This document shows positions 23,595 to 33,517 of a stretch of 64,000 nt of DNA, piece after piece; position 1 is the first letter of the stretch, and every line of letters begins with the position of its first letter. Origin of the DNA: a phage. The notes under the pieces were generated by a model. That model searched no databases. It was given only the letters and a program-made list of their open reading frames with translations, and was not told the origin of the DNA. The position numbers were made by a program, and so were the translations under genes. The stretch lies in assembly GCA_024875585.1 (NCBI GenBank), contig GCA_024875585.1_4107.1; one strand, given 5' to 3'.

Positions 23595-24136
23595 GCAGTA
23601 CAACAGTACAGAAAGCAATGACATTCAATGAAATTGGTGCATTTAAAGATAAGATTATTGATAGTATTGAATATTTGATTTGTTGTAACATCAATAAGAT
23701 AGATGTATATAACAAGGTAAATGGTTCATATCACACAATGTACATGACAAACAACAATGGAACTATTCCATTTATTTCGGATAGTACAATATGGTACGCA
23801 TGTGATACAACAAAATACACAGCAGGTTCGTATGTGTTAGGGACACATAAGGAATTAATTATTCCTGAGCATTGTATACAAGAAGAAGAATATTTTCAAA
23901 TGCAGTTAGTACACGCACCATTAGAGATGGTTGCTTTATATATGATACCTTATATCTCTAAATGTGTTCATGAGAATAAAGCTCCATGGAATCATGAATT
24001 TGGTTCGTTGAAGTTATTGTATAATGTTTTAGCACAATATTATGATTACAGACACGAGGGTACAATCAGCGATGTATGGGATTTTGAATCACTAAGGGTG
24101 AAAACATACACAGGTGAATTATATGTCCAGAATTAA
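23591..24136 (+). CDS. Family B paralog
   Basis: EEYFQMQLVHA; ATGA overlap. Confidence 0.65.
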   Translation: MSSTTVQKAMTFNEIGAFKDKIIDSIEYLICCNINKIDVYNKVNGSYHTMYMTNNNGTIPFISDSTIWYACDTTKYTAGSYVLGTHKELIIPEHCIQEEEYFQMQLVHAPLEMVALYMIPYISKCVHENKAPWNHEFGSLKLLYNVLAQYYDYRHEGTISDVWDFESLRVKTYTGELYVQN

Positions 24137-24737
24137 AATGTGTGATTTGATGCAGTACAGTAAAATTGCAATTCCAGTACTTAATAAAGTTCTTGATGCA
24201 TTCATTGCAAAATACCCTGAGAATTCAGAATTACGTATTCCGTTTCGTGTACCAGACATAGATGATACATTCTATGTAAATGTCAGTACACGTGGTATTA
24301 CATTGCAGCAGAAATACAGGGATACAGAATACTATGGAATAAAGTTGGATTCGGGGCAGGGTTCTAAATCATCCTATGATTTTTTTGTTCCTAATAATAT
24401 AGAGTCATGGGAAACAAACATTTCAAAGAAAGATGAAAATGATGTTCCTATTAGTGGTGAATTAAGCAATAAAGTTTTTTATTATTACGAAACTGATAAA
24501 TTCCCTGAAGAGTTATATTACAATTCAGAAATGAGTGAAGATGTAGATGCATTCATGTTTCAATTATCTTTAGTACAGGATATAATTAATGTTCAAGAGT
24601 TAAGAGCAGAAATCAATTTAGCTAAAGAGTTGTCGGACATGTTGCCACCGTTTAGTATGATTTTTTGTGAAGGAGGTTATTTTACAAAAGAAGTGTTTGA
24701 ACATTTCGTAGATGTTGTAAAAGGGTTGGATATATAG
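24123..24737 (+). CDS. Family B paralog
   Basis: DAFMFQLSLVQD; start moved to first ATG (track 24114 GTG). Confidence 0.6.
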   Translation: MSRIKMCDLMQYSKIAIPVLNKVLDAFIAKYPENSELRIPFRVPDIDDTFYVNVSTRGITLQQKYRDTEYYGIKLDSGQGSKSSYDFFVPNNIESWETNISKKDENDVPISGELSNKVFYYYETDKFPEELYYNSEMSEDVDAFMFQLSLVQDIINVQELRAEINLAKELSDMLPPFSMIFCEGGYFTKEVFEHFVDVVKGLDI

Positions 24738-24738
24738 T

Positions 24739-24969
24739 ATGCTTACTGATGATATTAAACAAAAATACCGTAAGTTTGATTGGTTCACCGACAGTTTCCA
24801 GCTTGAATTACTGTATTTGAATATAAGTGAGACATTATGTGCAGAAACACAAGATGAATTTGATGACAGAGTTCTTAACATAGTAATGCTTTCTTGCTTT
24901 AAACACTTTGGTTATTTTTCGAACAGGATTAAGGTACAAAATGCATCAACACAAGCATCATTCATATGA
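24739..24969 (+). CDS. hypothetical protein (76 aa)
   Basis: ORF immediately after previous stop. Confidence 0.45.
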   Translation: MLTDDIKQKYRKFDWFTDSFQLELLYLNISETLCAETQDEFDDRVLNIVMLSCFKHFGYFSNRIKVQNASTQASFI

Positions 24970-25456
24970 TTTTGCAATTAACATTATGAAGTTCATTCGA
25001 GCGTTGGAGGATGGGAAGCTTAGTCATAAGTACAGGAAAGAGGGTAACAATTGGTTCAGAAATGATTCCGAGTTCAGGAGTCATAACATCGTGTATAGCA
25101 ATCAGTACAGTGCTAATTACCTACAAGATGTAGTGATGTGTTTTGAATATGTATTGCAGTTCAGGGGTACAATCCAGAATGAATTAATGGATCACATGTA
25201 CATCCGATACCTTCCAATGCATAAAGATGAAAATGCATTATTAGGTTCAATATACCAACGAGTAAGGGAAATTGAGTGCAGGGATATATTAGATACAGAA
25301 GAATCGTATTTCCAGCAATCTCTTATTACTGCACCTGATTCATTACAGGCACATAATTTGTTTAATACATTACGTCAGAACATCAGTACAGACATATTTT
25401 TGTCATTATTGGATTATGATACATTTGTCAAAGATTTAGAGGAAATAGGTTTATGA
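24908..25456 (+). CDS. Family B paralog
   Basis: ESYFQQSLITA. Confidence 0.6.
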   Translation: MVIFRTGLRYKMHQHKHHSYDFAINIMKFIRALEDGKLSHKYRKEGNNWFRNDSEFRSHNIVYSNQYSANYLQDVVMCFEYVLQFRGTIQNELMDHMYIRYLPMHKDENALLGSIYQRVREIECRDILDTEESYFQQSLITAPDSLQAHNLFNTLRQNISTDIFLSLLDYDTFVKDLEEIGL

Positions 25457-25809
25457 GTATATTTTCGGTTTATATAGTAAACGTCCACAACGATGGTAGT
25501 TTAATTGAATTTGATCTAGTTGATAACGATGATAATGCATATGGTATTAAAGTGCAGGGAGATGAAGTGCAGTTCACTACAAGAACAAATTTTGAAAATC
25601 CAGTCCAAGTTCCTAATTTCATAGAAGATGAAGCTGCACGATTCCAATACGAAACGATATACGAGAATGTACATATGCATACTGTTATGCAACAAAGTTT
25701 AGTTCAATTAGTTCCTTTGTTTAAACAAAATATATATGTACATGAATTGTCGATTAATGACGTTCGCAGTTCCGTTTTGTTCGGTTCCAGGGATACCGAT
25801 GATATGTAA
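25453..25809 (+). CDS. Family B paralog (degenerate motif)
   Basis: HTVMQQSLVQL; ATGA overlap. Confidence 0.55.
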   Translation: MSIFSVYIVNVHNDGSLIEFDLVDNDDNAYGIKVQGDEVQFTTRTNFENPVQVPNFIEDEAARFQYETIYENVHMHTVMQQSLVQLVPLFKQNIYVHELSINDVRSSVLFGSRDTDDM

Positions 25810-25818
25810 GGAAGTGTT

Positions 25819-26367
25819 ATGAGTTTATTAGATACATTAGAAAAAGACCGAAGTGCAATTAAACGATTAAAAAAGCAAATTCAAAAGATTGTATACAACG
25901 TTGATAAGTTTGAGGTTCCTGGGAGAGTAGGTGATATTTCCCATACTGAGATCAAATCCCTTAAGTCAGATTTGTTGGTTAAAAATAAAAATGAGTTGAT
26001 TTTAGTTTTGAGTTCAGATATGATGGGGGTAAGATATGGTTTTAATTCAGTATCAGTGCATCCTAAGAGTGAAGGGATATATCTATCACAGGGTTTCAAT
26101 AGCAACGAGCAGAAGTGTTTTTACGATGCTGTACATGAACCTTTGAAGTTTACGAGAAGTGAAGCTCAAGCGTTATTAGAGCTATCAGACGAGAGTTTGT
26201 TTCAGTACAGTACAATGTACGACAATGACAAGCTTCGTTGTATGTACGCAGTGAAGCATTATGCACATGAGTTCTCTGGATTTGAATACCTTTTAGTTAG
26301 AACCAATACAATGTATCTTGATATGTTAGAAGAATACATCGATAAAGTTGTTAATGAGTATCACTAA
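25819..26367 (+). CDS. Family B paralog
   Basis: ESLFQYSTMYD. Confidence 0.6.
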   Translation: MSLLDTLEKDRSAIKRLKKQIQKIVYNVDKFEVPGRVGDISHTEIKSLKSDLLVKNKNELILVLSSDMMGVRYGFNSVSVHPKSEGIYLSQGFNSNEQKCFYDAVHEPLKFTRSEAQALLELSDESLFQYSTMYDNDKLRCMYAVKHYAHEFSGFEYLLVRTNTMYLDMLEEYIDKVVNEYH

Positions 26368-26528
26368 TGAAAGAGTTATTTGAAGATCAGTTCAATACCT
26401 ATGTGGATAATATTCTTTATTCCAATCGTGCCAGTCAACGAGGAAATCGTGCTTACAATATTGATTACCTATTAGTGGTACTGAGTTCACAGTACACACA
26501 CGCTGTACAGAGGATGTATTATGAATAG
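26367..26528 (+). CDS. hypothetical small protein (53 aa)
   Basis: TAATG-coupled ORF below cutoff. Confidence 0.35.
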   Translation: MKELFEDQFNTYVDNILYSNRASQRGNRAYNIDYLLVVLSSQYTHAVQRMYYE

Positions 26529-26724
26529 TTATCACGATATTGCAAAGGAGAAGTTGGAGTGTAGTTTAGATTACGGTTTAAATAATTTTCTTACATGCAC
26601 AATGTACAGGGATGAAGATTATGAACAATCCGTAATTTCGTTGCATAGATATTTCGAAATAATTTACGCAAGATATCTTAGAAGGTTAAACGGGATAGGG
26701 GATTGGAATTATGATTACGTTTGA
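26521..26724 (+). CDS. hypothetical protein (67 aa)
   Basis: ORF. Confidence 0.45.
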   Translation: MNSYHDIAKEKLECSLDYGLNNFLTCTMYRDEDYEQSVISLHRYFEIIYARYLRRLNGIGDWNYDYV

Positions 26725-26965
26725 AGAACCAGAAACAATGAGTCCATATACGATGAAAGGTTTTGAATTCATGATGGATTCGATTTTGAAGAATTCGTGT
26801 TTAGTACACAATCCTGGATGTGCTACAGTGAGGGAATATCAGGACAATGCATTGCATCGTGTAATGAATATGTACAGGAATACGAGCCGTAAGCTTTGTG
26901 CGATTAAAAGGATTAAAGAAATCAAGGCTTCTAAGATGAATAAAATCAATCCGTGTGATTTTTGA
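26711..26965 (+). CDS. hypothetical protein (84 aa)
   Basis: ORF. Confidence 0.45.
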   Translation: MITFEEPETMSPYTMKGFEFMMDSILKNSCLVHNPGCATVREYQDNALHRVMNMYRNTSRKLCAIKRIKEIKASKMNKINPCDF

Positions 26966-27001
26966 AATCTTCGTATTCATATATCATAAGGTTTAATAAA
27001 A

Positions 27002-27730
27002 ATGAAATATAAAGAATTTTGTATAAAAACATGGATGTACACTGGTGAATTGCTTACGTGCTGTAATTTGTACAAGCGTGATGTAAACTTCACAAAGGAC
27101 AAAGTTATCAAGTATGAAAATTCTCAATTTTATTTGATGGATTTTAGTACTGGGTTTCATGGTAAATCAACCGAGATGCTGGATTATACATTAATGGATG
27201 AGGCGGCACTATTTCAAGAATCATTAGTATTTGATAAGAAGTACATCTGTACATTAGAAGAGATGATTGAAATTCAGAATAAAATTAAATGTGTTCACAG
27301 GGAATGTATTGATAAATGGTGTAAAACGGGTGAAACTGATTTTAGTAATCATTTTAATCTAGGAGAAAGAGTGATGGAATTTGATTTTTTAATATCAGTG
27401 CATACATTCAAGAATACACATCAGTACTTTTGTAATTTAAACAAAGGTGATTTAATGCACAGTGCGAATGAGTATATTCATTTTATGGATGGTAAATTCA
27501 CATTCATTGATTACAGTTCATTACAATATCCACATCAAGATATGCCGGACTATACAATAATGAATGAGGCTGAACTATTTCAAGCTTCATTAGTATTTGA
27601 CAAGAAGTACATCTGTACATTTGAAGAAGTAATTACTATACAAAATGAAATGAAGGAGTATGCATCTTTGAATAAACCCAATGAAGGTATTAATCAAGAA
27701 TACAAATTCAATATAGAGATTCCAAAATGA
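27002..27730 (+). CDS. Family B paralog with internal tandem duplication (two motif modules)
   Basis: MDEAALFQESLVFDKKYICTLEE and MNEAELFQASLVFDKKYICTFEE in one ORF. Confidence 0.6.
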   Translation: MKYKEFCIKTWMYTGELLTCCNLYKRDVNFTKDKVIKYENSQFYLMDFSTGFHGKSTEMLDYTLMDEAALFQESLVFDKKYICTLEEMIEIQNKIKCVHRECIDKWCKTGETDFSNHFNLGERVMEFDFLISVHTFKNTHQYFCNLNKGDLMHSANEYIHFMDGKFTFIDYSSLQYPHQDMPDYTIMNEAELFQASLVFDKKYICTFEEVITIQNEMKEYASLNKPNEGINQEYKFNIEIPK

Positions 27731-28086
27731 CATATGATTACTCTATGTACTATTATAAGTTACCTAAAGGATGGGACTTGTGCTGTAATCTTATTAAGGG
27801 AGACTCGGAACATGAGTTGAATTTATATATGCACTACAAAGATTCTTGTTTTAAATTTATTCATGTATCACATGATGACTATGACTATGAATCTGAGAGT
27901 CTTATAGATTATACAGTACTGGACGATGGCGAACTATTTCAGGAAGCATTAGTGTTTGATAAGAATAAGTACTCCTGTACATTTGAAGAAATGGTTTCTT
28001 TGCAAACTGAAATGAAGAGATTTGAAAAAGAAAACGTATTTAATCCATCCCCATCAAGAACGAATAATTATTATTTCAATATATGA
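27727..28086 (+). CDS. Family B paralog
   Basis: GELFQEALVFDKN; ATGA overlap. Confidence 0.6.
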   Translation: MTYDYSMYYYKLPKGWDLCCNLIKGDSEHELNLYMHYKDSCFKFIHVSHDDYDYESESLIDYTVLDDGELFQEALVFDKNKYSCTFEEMVSLQTEMKRFEKENVFNPSPSRTNNYYFNI

Positions 28087-28095
28087 GATTATAAA

Positions 28096-28578
28096 ATGAC
28101 ATTACAGAGTTCATTGGAAAAAGCAAAGAAGATCCATGAGTACATGAATATGGCAAAAGAAGGTTCAGTTTACGGTGTTTTCAAAGACACAAGTACTCAA
28201 TATTTTGTGCCGGATAACCTCCTTTATAATGACTACTCAGATACAGAAACGTGCGTACTGGATACCGACCCTAAAGATTATGAATGTTTCATTGATATGC
28301 ATTATGAGTACATGGTCTATATTAATGATGCAGATATTACCATCTACAGTACTGACTGCAATTCCGATGATATTATAATTCCTAGTGAAGTTCTGAATGG
28401 CCCGTGGGATAGTGAAGAGTATTACTTCCAACAAAGTACTGTATACAATGAAGAAGTACTTGATGTTATTATAATTATGTGGTACTTTAAAAATATTGGT
28501 TCTGATAACTTCTATTTCGATTACAGATACGTAAAGAAAGCTATAGATAACGATATTAATAAACCACACGGGGGTTGA
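28096..28578 (+). CDS. Family B paralog, subfamily B1
   Basis: EYYFQQSTVYNEE...IIMWYFKNI; N-terminus MTLQSSLEKAKKIHEY. Confidence 0.65.
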   Translation: MTLQSSLEKAKKIHEYMNMAKEGSVYGVFKDTSTQYFVPDNLLYNDYSDTETCVLDTDPKDYECFIDMHYEYMVYINDADITIYSTDCNSDDIIIPSEVLNGPWDSEEYYFQQSTVYNEEVLDVIIIMWYFKNIGSDNFYFDYRYVKKAIDNDINKPHGG

Positions 28579-28579
28579 A

Positions 28580-29050
28580 ATGAGTTTAGAAAGAGCATTA
28601 GAGATTGCGAAGTTAATTGATTTATGCAGCAAAGAAATTGTATCAAATTGTCTCAATGGATATCTATTCAAGGAAGGTAAATCATATTGTCGAATGAGAT
28701 ACGATGACAGTAGTGAGTATATTCACATGTATGAAGAAGACCTTGATGATTCCGAAATAACACTGAATGGGTGTGATGTTAATCTGGAAGATAATTACAT
28801 TTACTTCAGTCGTGGTGCTGATATTTTAATACAAGAAACATCAATTCAACATGTGAATCCAGATGTATATCTTCCATATTCAGTACTGGATAATGACTGG
28901 GGAAGTGAAGAGGTTTACTTTCAGCATAATACTATCTACGATGAAGATGTGCTTGACAAGCTTGTCATTCTGTGGTACTTTAAGAACACTGATACTCCCA
29001 ACTTCTATATGGATTTGGATCTACTACGAGTTATAAAAGAGGATATATGA
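28580..29050 (+). CDS. Family B paralog, subfamily B1
   Basis: EVYFQHNTIYDED...ILWYFKNT. Confidence 0.65.
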   Translation: MSLERALEIAKLIDLCSKEIVSNCLNGYLFKEGKSYCRMRYDDSSEYIHMYEEDLDDSEITLNGCDVNLEDNYIYFSRGADILIQETSIQHVNPDVYLPYSVLDNDWGSEEVYFQHNTIYDEDVLDKLVILWYFKNTDTPNFYMDLDLLRVIKEDI

Positions 29051-29490
29051 GTTTAGCAAGTGCACTTAAACTGGCACACAAAATACATCACTTCCACGAT
29101 AACATAAAAAGTGGGTTCTATGGTGATAAAGTAAGTGCATTGGGTAATGAGTATTATCTATCAGGTATAAAGACATACTCTGATGATATTTTACTTATGG
29201 GACATGATAAAGACAATACTATACAGTACTCTTCATGTAGTCAATATACTAGTTTTATGGTATATATTCCAGGTACTAAGATTACGTTTGACACATCAAA
29301 TTCACCTGTTGACTTCGGGGTACTTGATGGCCCGTGGGGTACTGAAGAGTATTACTTCCAACAGAGTCTTATTTTCAACCAAGAAATTCTTGATTCCTTG
29401 GTTGTTTTGTGGTACTTTAAGGAATTGAATTTTGAACCATTCTTTCTTGACTGGGGAGCATGTGAGTATTTAAGTACAGGGGATTTGTAA
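29047..29490 (+). CDS. Family B paralog, subfamily B1
   Basis: EYYFQQSLIFNQE...VLWYFKEL. Confidence 0.65.
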   Translation: MSLASALKLAHKIHHFHDNIKSGFYGDKVSALGNEYYLSGIKTYSDDILLMGHDKDNTIQYSSCSQYTSFMVYIPGTKITFDTSNSPVDFGVLDGPWGTEEYYFQQSLIFNQEILDSLVVLWYFKELNFEPFFLDWGACEYLSTGDL

Positions 29491-29978
29491 TGTCGTTACA
29501 AAGTGCATTAAAAGAAGCAAAGAAAATCCATGAGTACATGATTATGGTACAAGAAGGTTCAGTCCCAGGTGTGTATAAAACATCTGATACTGAATTTTTT
29601 GTAAAAGACCGTGACGATTATGATGAGTCAGAGATATGTGCAGAAACGTTAGTACTGCACACTGATACTGGTGATAGTGATAACTGTGAATATCATATGT
29701 ACAATCAGTACATTAGTTATTGCCGTAATGAAGATATTACCATCTACAACACAGATATTGATGCTGATGACACTATCATTCCGTATTCAGTACTGGAAGG
29801 TCCGTGGGATAGTGAAGGGTATTACTTTCAGAATAGTACTATCTACAATGAAGAAGAACTGGATGTTATTGTGATTATGTGGTACTTTAAAAGTATTGAC
29901 TCCAGTAGTTTCTATTTTGATTATGAATATGTAGAGAATACAGTAGGAGAAGGTAATGTCATTACAAAGTGCTCTTGA
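29490..29978 (+). CDS. Family B paralog, subfamily B1
   Basis: GYYFQNSTIYNEE...IMWYFKSI. Confidence 0.65.
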   Translation: MSLQSALKEAKKIHEYMIMVQEGSVPGVYKTSDTEFFVKDRDDYDESEICAETLVLHTDTGDSDNCEYHMYNQYISYCRNEDITIYNTDIDADDTIIPYSVLEGPWDSEGYYFQNSTIYNEEELDVIVIMWYFKSIDSSSFYFDYEYVENTVGEGNVITKCS

Positions 29979-30402
29979 AAAAGCAAAAGAAATACATGGA
30001 TACTTTGAAGATATAAAGGCAGGAAAGTTCAAAGAAGTATACAAAGCCGAGAACGGTAACTACTACAAAGATGAAATATATAATAATTCCGTTGGTGTAA
30101 GGGTTATTCTTGAGTTGAATTCCAATAGTCCTGTGTCGTTTTCTGAATACAATAGAGATGCAGAATTCATTAGTTATGTTGAAAATGGTAGCATTCGTTT
30201 TATTAATAGACAAAAACCATTAATTTTGAATTATGAAGTTCTGGATGGTCAGTGGGATAATGAAGAGTATTACTTCCAAAACAGTACTGTATACGACGAT
30301 GAAGTACTTGAAGCATTAGTTATTATGTGGTACTTCAAGAGTATTAACTGTCCTCGATTTTATTTGGATTTCGAAGAACTTGGTAAAGATCCAGAGGTAT
30401 AG
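29956..30402 (+). CDS. Family B paralog, subfamily B1
   Basis: EYYFQNSTVYDDE...IMWYFKSI. Confidence 0.65.
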   Translation: MSLQSALEKAKEIHGYFEDIKAGKFKEVYKAENGNYYKDEIYNNSVGVRVILELNSNSPVSFSEYNRDAEFISYVENGSIRFINRQKPLILNYEVLDGQWDNEEYYFQNSTVYDDEVLEALVIMWYFKSINCPRFYLDFEELGKDPEV

Positions 30403-30403
30403 A

Positions 30404-30718
30404 ATGAAAAACTTATTCAGTGTTCAGTACGTTCCAGGTGAAATTAGTTTATTGTATCTCTTTGACCATGATAATTCATTATTACTAGTAGTAAAGAAAT
30501 GTCAAGCTAGTTCGTTTGTTGAATACATTCACGATAATGAATATATACCTGATTTTTTAGAGTGCGATTATTACGATGATCATGAATCATTTATTTTTCA
30601 GGAATCGCTAGTATGGGACAAATCGATTAACTTCTTTACGTTAATTGAATTACAAAAGCAAGTGAAGTATCATTGGGATTATTTAATTACACAGGATTAC
30701 ATTGAGATAGAAATATAA
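30404..30718 (+). CDS. Family B paralog
   Basis: SFIFQESLVWD; start moved to ATG after SD GAGGT (track 30380). Confidence 0.55.
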   Translation: MKNLFSVQYVPGEISLLYLFDHDNSLLLVVKKCQASSFVEYIHDNEYIPDFLECDYYDDHESFIFQESLVWDKSINFFTLIELQKQVKYHWDYLITQDYIEIEI

Positions 30719-30960
30719 TGACTAAAAATGAATTTGATTCACTTTGTACTGTTTATAATTCATTAACAGAAATACCTAACTTTATTAGTTATATTTCAGC
30801 TTTAAATCACATTATGCATAGTTTTGAACAATCGTTTGAAGAGAAATATGCTGGAAGAAAAGTTCTATGTCATATGCCAATGTACTTAGGAGATGGTGAG
30901 CCTTACACTACAAGTACTACATGTGAAATAAAAAATATAATATATTATTGGGTACTATAG
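30718..30960 (+). CDS. hypothetical protein (80 aa)
   Basis: ATGA-type overlap; no family motif. Confidence 0.45.
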   Translation: MTKNEFDSLCTVYNSLTEIPNFISYISALNHIMHSFEQSFEEKYAGRKVLCHMPMYLGDGEPYTTSTTCEIKNIIYYWVL

Positions 30961-31021
30961 AATTCACAGTATCCAATGGCGGTAGTTATATGTACTTTAG
31001 AGATGGAGTGGTTGAATTATT

Positions 31022-31471
31022 ATGAGTTACGAAAGTGCAATCAAGAAAGCAAATGATATTCTACGCGTCGTTCAATTCTTCAAAGAAAATCCTGAATACG
31101 TAGATGATAAAAACCAAGAGCACGATGAGAGATTGAGACGAAAAATTATCTCTTTATTTGACACTAATAAAGATAATTGGAGTCTAATTGAGTTAGCATA
31201 CGATTATATTTCATTGAACCGAAATGATGATGTAGTTAAGATAGAAAGGCATGAGTCAGAAGAATCTTTTAGAATTTCAGATATTTTATCCCTGAGTACT
31301 GAAGAAGGGTACTTCCAGGGTAGCACTCTTTATAATGAAGAAACACTTGACAATCTATGCACATTCAGTGTAATATATCAGAAATCTGTACTAGATATAT
31401 TTTATCTTGACACTGCTGAACTGCATACCCTAACCAATTTTGTTACTACCGAAGAGGCTACATTCGAGTGA
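31022..31471 (+). CDS. Family B paralog (B1-like)
   Basis: EGYFQGSTLYNEE; N-terminus MSYESAIKKAND. Confidence 0.6.
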   Translation: MSYESAIKKANDILRVVQFFKENPEYVDDKNQEHDERLRRKIISLFDTNKDNWSLIELAYDYISLNRNDDVVKIERHESEESFRISDILSLSTEEGYFQGSTLYNEETLDNLCTFSVIYQKSVLDIFYLDTAELHTLTNFVTTEEATFE

Positions 31472-32004
31472 TGAAAGTTAACATTAATGACTTTGATGCA
31501 TTACAAGATTTATCAAAAAAGATTCGCACCATCGTACCAGTACTTAAAAAATGCAGTACTGGTTTAATCGATCCTAGTTCTGTTGTCAATGAGAAGTACA
31601 ATTTTCATCGTGTATTACAGGGGACAGGTGCATTTCAGAAGTGTGAGGTACGTGAGAAACATGTAATTGATACATCGTTGTTTTCTATTGGTGCACCTGT
31701 GTCAAACAATACTATTTTCCTGGATGCCGCTGGAAATATTCAACAATTAACATTTAAGAAAAGGAAAAAGAATAATAACATTGGTGTGTACGAGATGAAG
31801 TGGGGACAGCCAGAGTTGATGCGTGACATTCACATTCCTAAGTACAATTTCAATGCATTTGAAGAACAGTGTTTTCAACTTTCTTGTACTGACCCTGACT
31901 ATGCTATCATTCAATTCTATATGGAATTGCAGATTGCATTTAATAGTAATTTGTATATTAACTTATTGGCAATGAACATAGATGAAGTATTCAAAAACAT
32001 TTAA
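31471..32004 (+). CDS. Family B paralog (divergent)
   Basis: EEQCFQLSCTD; start at ATG overlapping previous stop. Confidence 0.5.
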   Translation: MKVNINDFDALQDLSKKIRTIVPVLKKCSTGLIDPSSVVNEKYNFHRVLQGTGAFQKCEVREKHVIDTSLFSIGAPVSNNTIFLDAAGNIQQLTFKKRKKNNNIGVYEMKWGQPELMRDIHIPKYNFNAFEEQCFQLSCTDPDYAIIQFYMELQIAFNSNLYINLLAMNIDEVFKNI

Positions 32005-32200
32005 TCGAATTGAATACATGAGAACTGTGAGAGCGGTGTGGAATATATGGTACACTACTAAACCAAAAATGGATTACCATGATTTTAAGCTCTTGTTCTT
32101 TGTTGGCTCTAACAAACAGGATGTTGCAATGAAGGGTTATATTCAGCACTTACAGGAACTAATCCAGAAGAGAATATATGAAAATAATAGACCAAAATGA
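31982..32200 (+). CDS. Family A small paralog (displaced into Family B array)
   Basis: FVGSNKQDVAM. Confidence 0.5.
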   Translation: MKYSKTFNRIEYMRTVRAVWNIWYTTKPKMDYHDFKLLFFVGSNKQDVAMKGYIQHLQELIQKRIYENNRPK

Positions 32201-32369
32201 CATTGCTAAACTATTCAATATATATTCTACTAGAATGATGCAAACAGATTCATATAGTACTAAATTCAAAGAGTTGAAAGTACTGATGTACTTGGGAACA
32301 CAATATCAGGAACAAGTTATTTTAGAATATATTAATTCATTAAAGAAGGATATCCGTGATGTACGATGA
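32178..32369 (+). CDS. Family A small paralog (displaced into Family B array)
   Basis: YLGTQYQEQVI. Confidence 0.55.
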   Translation: MKIIDQNDIAKLFNIYSTRMMQTDSYSTKFKELKVLMYLGTQYQEQVILEYINSLKKDIRDVR

Positions 32370-32919
32370 TTTAGATCTTGCGTTTGAACGCATGAAAATT
32401 TTAATGCAATGCAATGAAATGCATGAGACAATCCGTCGCACCAAAGGGATTGAATATACAAGTAAACTATTCTCATACGAAAGTCGTCGAGGGATGGATC
32501 ATTTTTACTGCACTGATTGTTCAAAGTTTTCAGTACTGAAATATTATCATCCTACTGTTTCCAATAATAGTTTAATATCCACATATGACGGTGATCTGTT
32601 TAGTGTAATGTATGACACATTACATCCATCAATTTCAATATATAAAGATTGCGATAGTAGTCTATCGTATATAATTGAAGATTACTTATCTCCTAATACT
32701 GAAGAGAATATATTTCAAAACAGTGTATTGCATGATGAATTAAGTATAAAATGCATCTATATGTTCAATAAGTTAAAAGAATACGTTGATAATAATTACT
32801 TAATTGATGAGTTAGCTGTGTTTTCGGTTTCAGTTTTCAATACAAATGATGTTGATATGAAATACTATAACGAAATTTGTAAAGTACATAACATGTATAA
32901 GGAACTCTTATGCTACTAA
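32359..32919 (+). CDS. Family B paralog
   Basis: ENIFQNSVLHD; start at ATG (track GTG 32356). Confidence 0.55.
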   Translation: MYDDLDLAFERMKILMQCNEMHETIRRTKGIEYTSKLFSYESRRGMDHFYCTDCSKFSVLKYYHPTVSNNSLISTYDGDLFSVMYDTLHPSISIYKDCDSSLSYIIEDYLSPNTEENIFQNSVLHDELSIKCIYMFNKLKEYVDNNYLIDELAVFSVSVFNTNDVDMKYYNEICKVHNMYKELLCY

Positions 32920-33512
32920 ATGCCAATAAATGTTGTAGTGCAAATGTGCATTTGTTTTTTAAGAAATTGGCAAATGATATTATATATATGCAGGAAATGA
33001 TTTACCACAAACGAACAGATTTAGAAAAAGCATTAGGACAGTTCTCATTTATGCTTGATGGTGATATATTTCTACATGGTGATACATTGCGAACAGTACT
33101 GGACGGAAATTCAAATAGAAGTTTCATTTGTACAAATAATAAATTTTCTTCCCCGATGTGCCGTACTTTTTATAATCCTGATTCGGACTTATATCAAGTG
33201 TCGTATTCTAAAGGTGCAATTGAATCATCATATTGTGATAGTTCAGCTTTAGGTAAAAGTCGTCCATATATGCAATCATTTGAAATTGAACTCATCAGTA
33301 CTGATGAAGATGCAATGTTCACAAATGATATAACGATGGATCGTGAATCGGCAATGATATATATTACAAATTCTATGCATACATTCTTTCAACGATTAGA
33401 ATTTGATAATGTATATATATCAAATGTAAATATTTTCAATGATCTGTGTCAGTACTTGAAAAGTGTTTGTGATTTTGATGAAAGCTATTGTAAGCTTTAT
33501 ACTGAGGTATAA
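32910..33512 (+). CDS. hypothetical protein (200 aa), possibly divergent Family B
   Basis: ORF+SD; motif not clear. Confidence 0.5.
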   Translation: MLLNANKCCSANVHLFFKKLANDIIYMQEMIYHKRTDLEKALGQFSFMLDGDIFLHGDTLRTVLDGNSNRSFICTNNKFSSPMCRTFYNPDSDLYQVSYSKGAIESSYCDSSALGKSRPYMQSFEIELISTDEDAMFTNDITMDRESAMIYITNSMHTFFQRLEFDNVYISNVNIFNDLCQYLKSVCDFDESYCKLYTEV

Positions 33513-33517
33513 AACAA

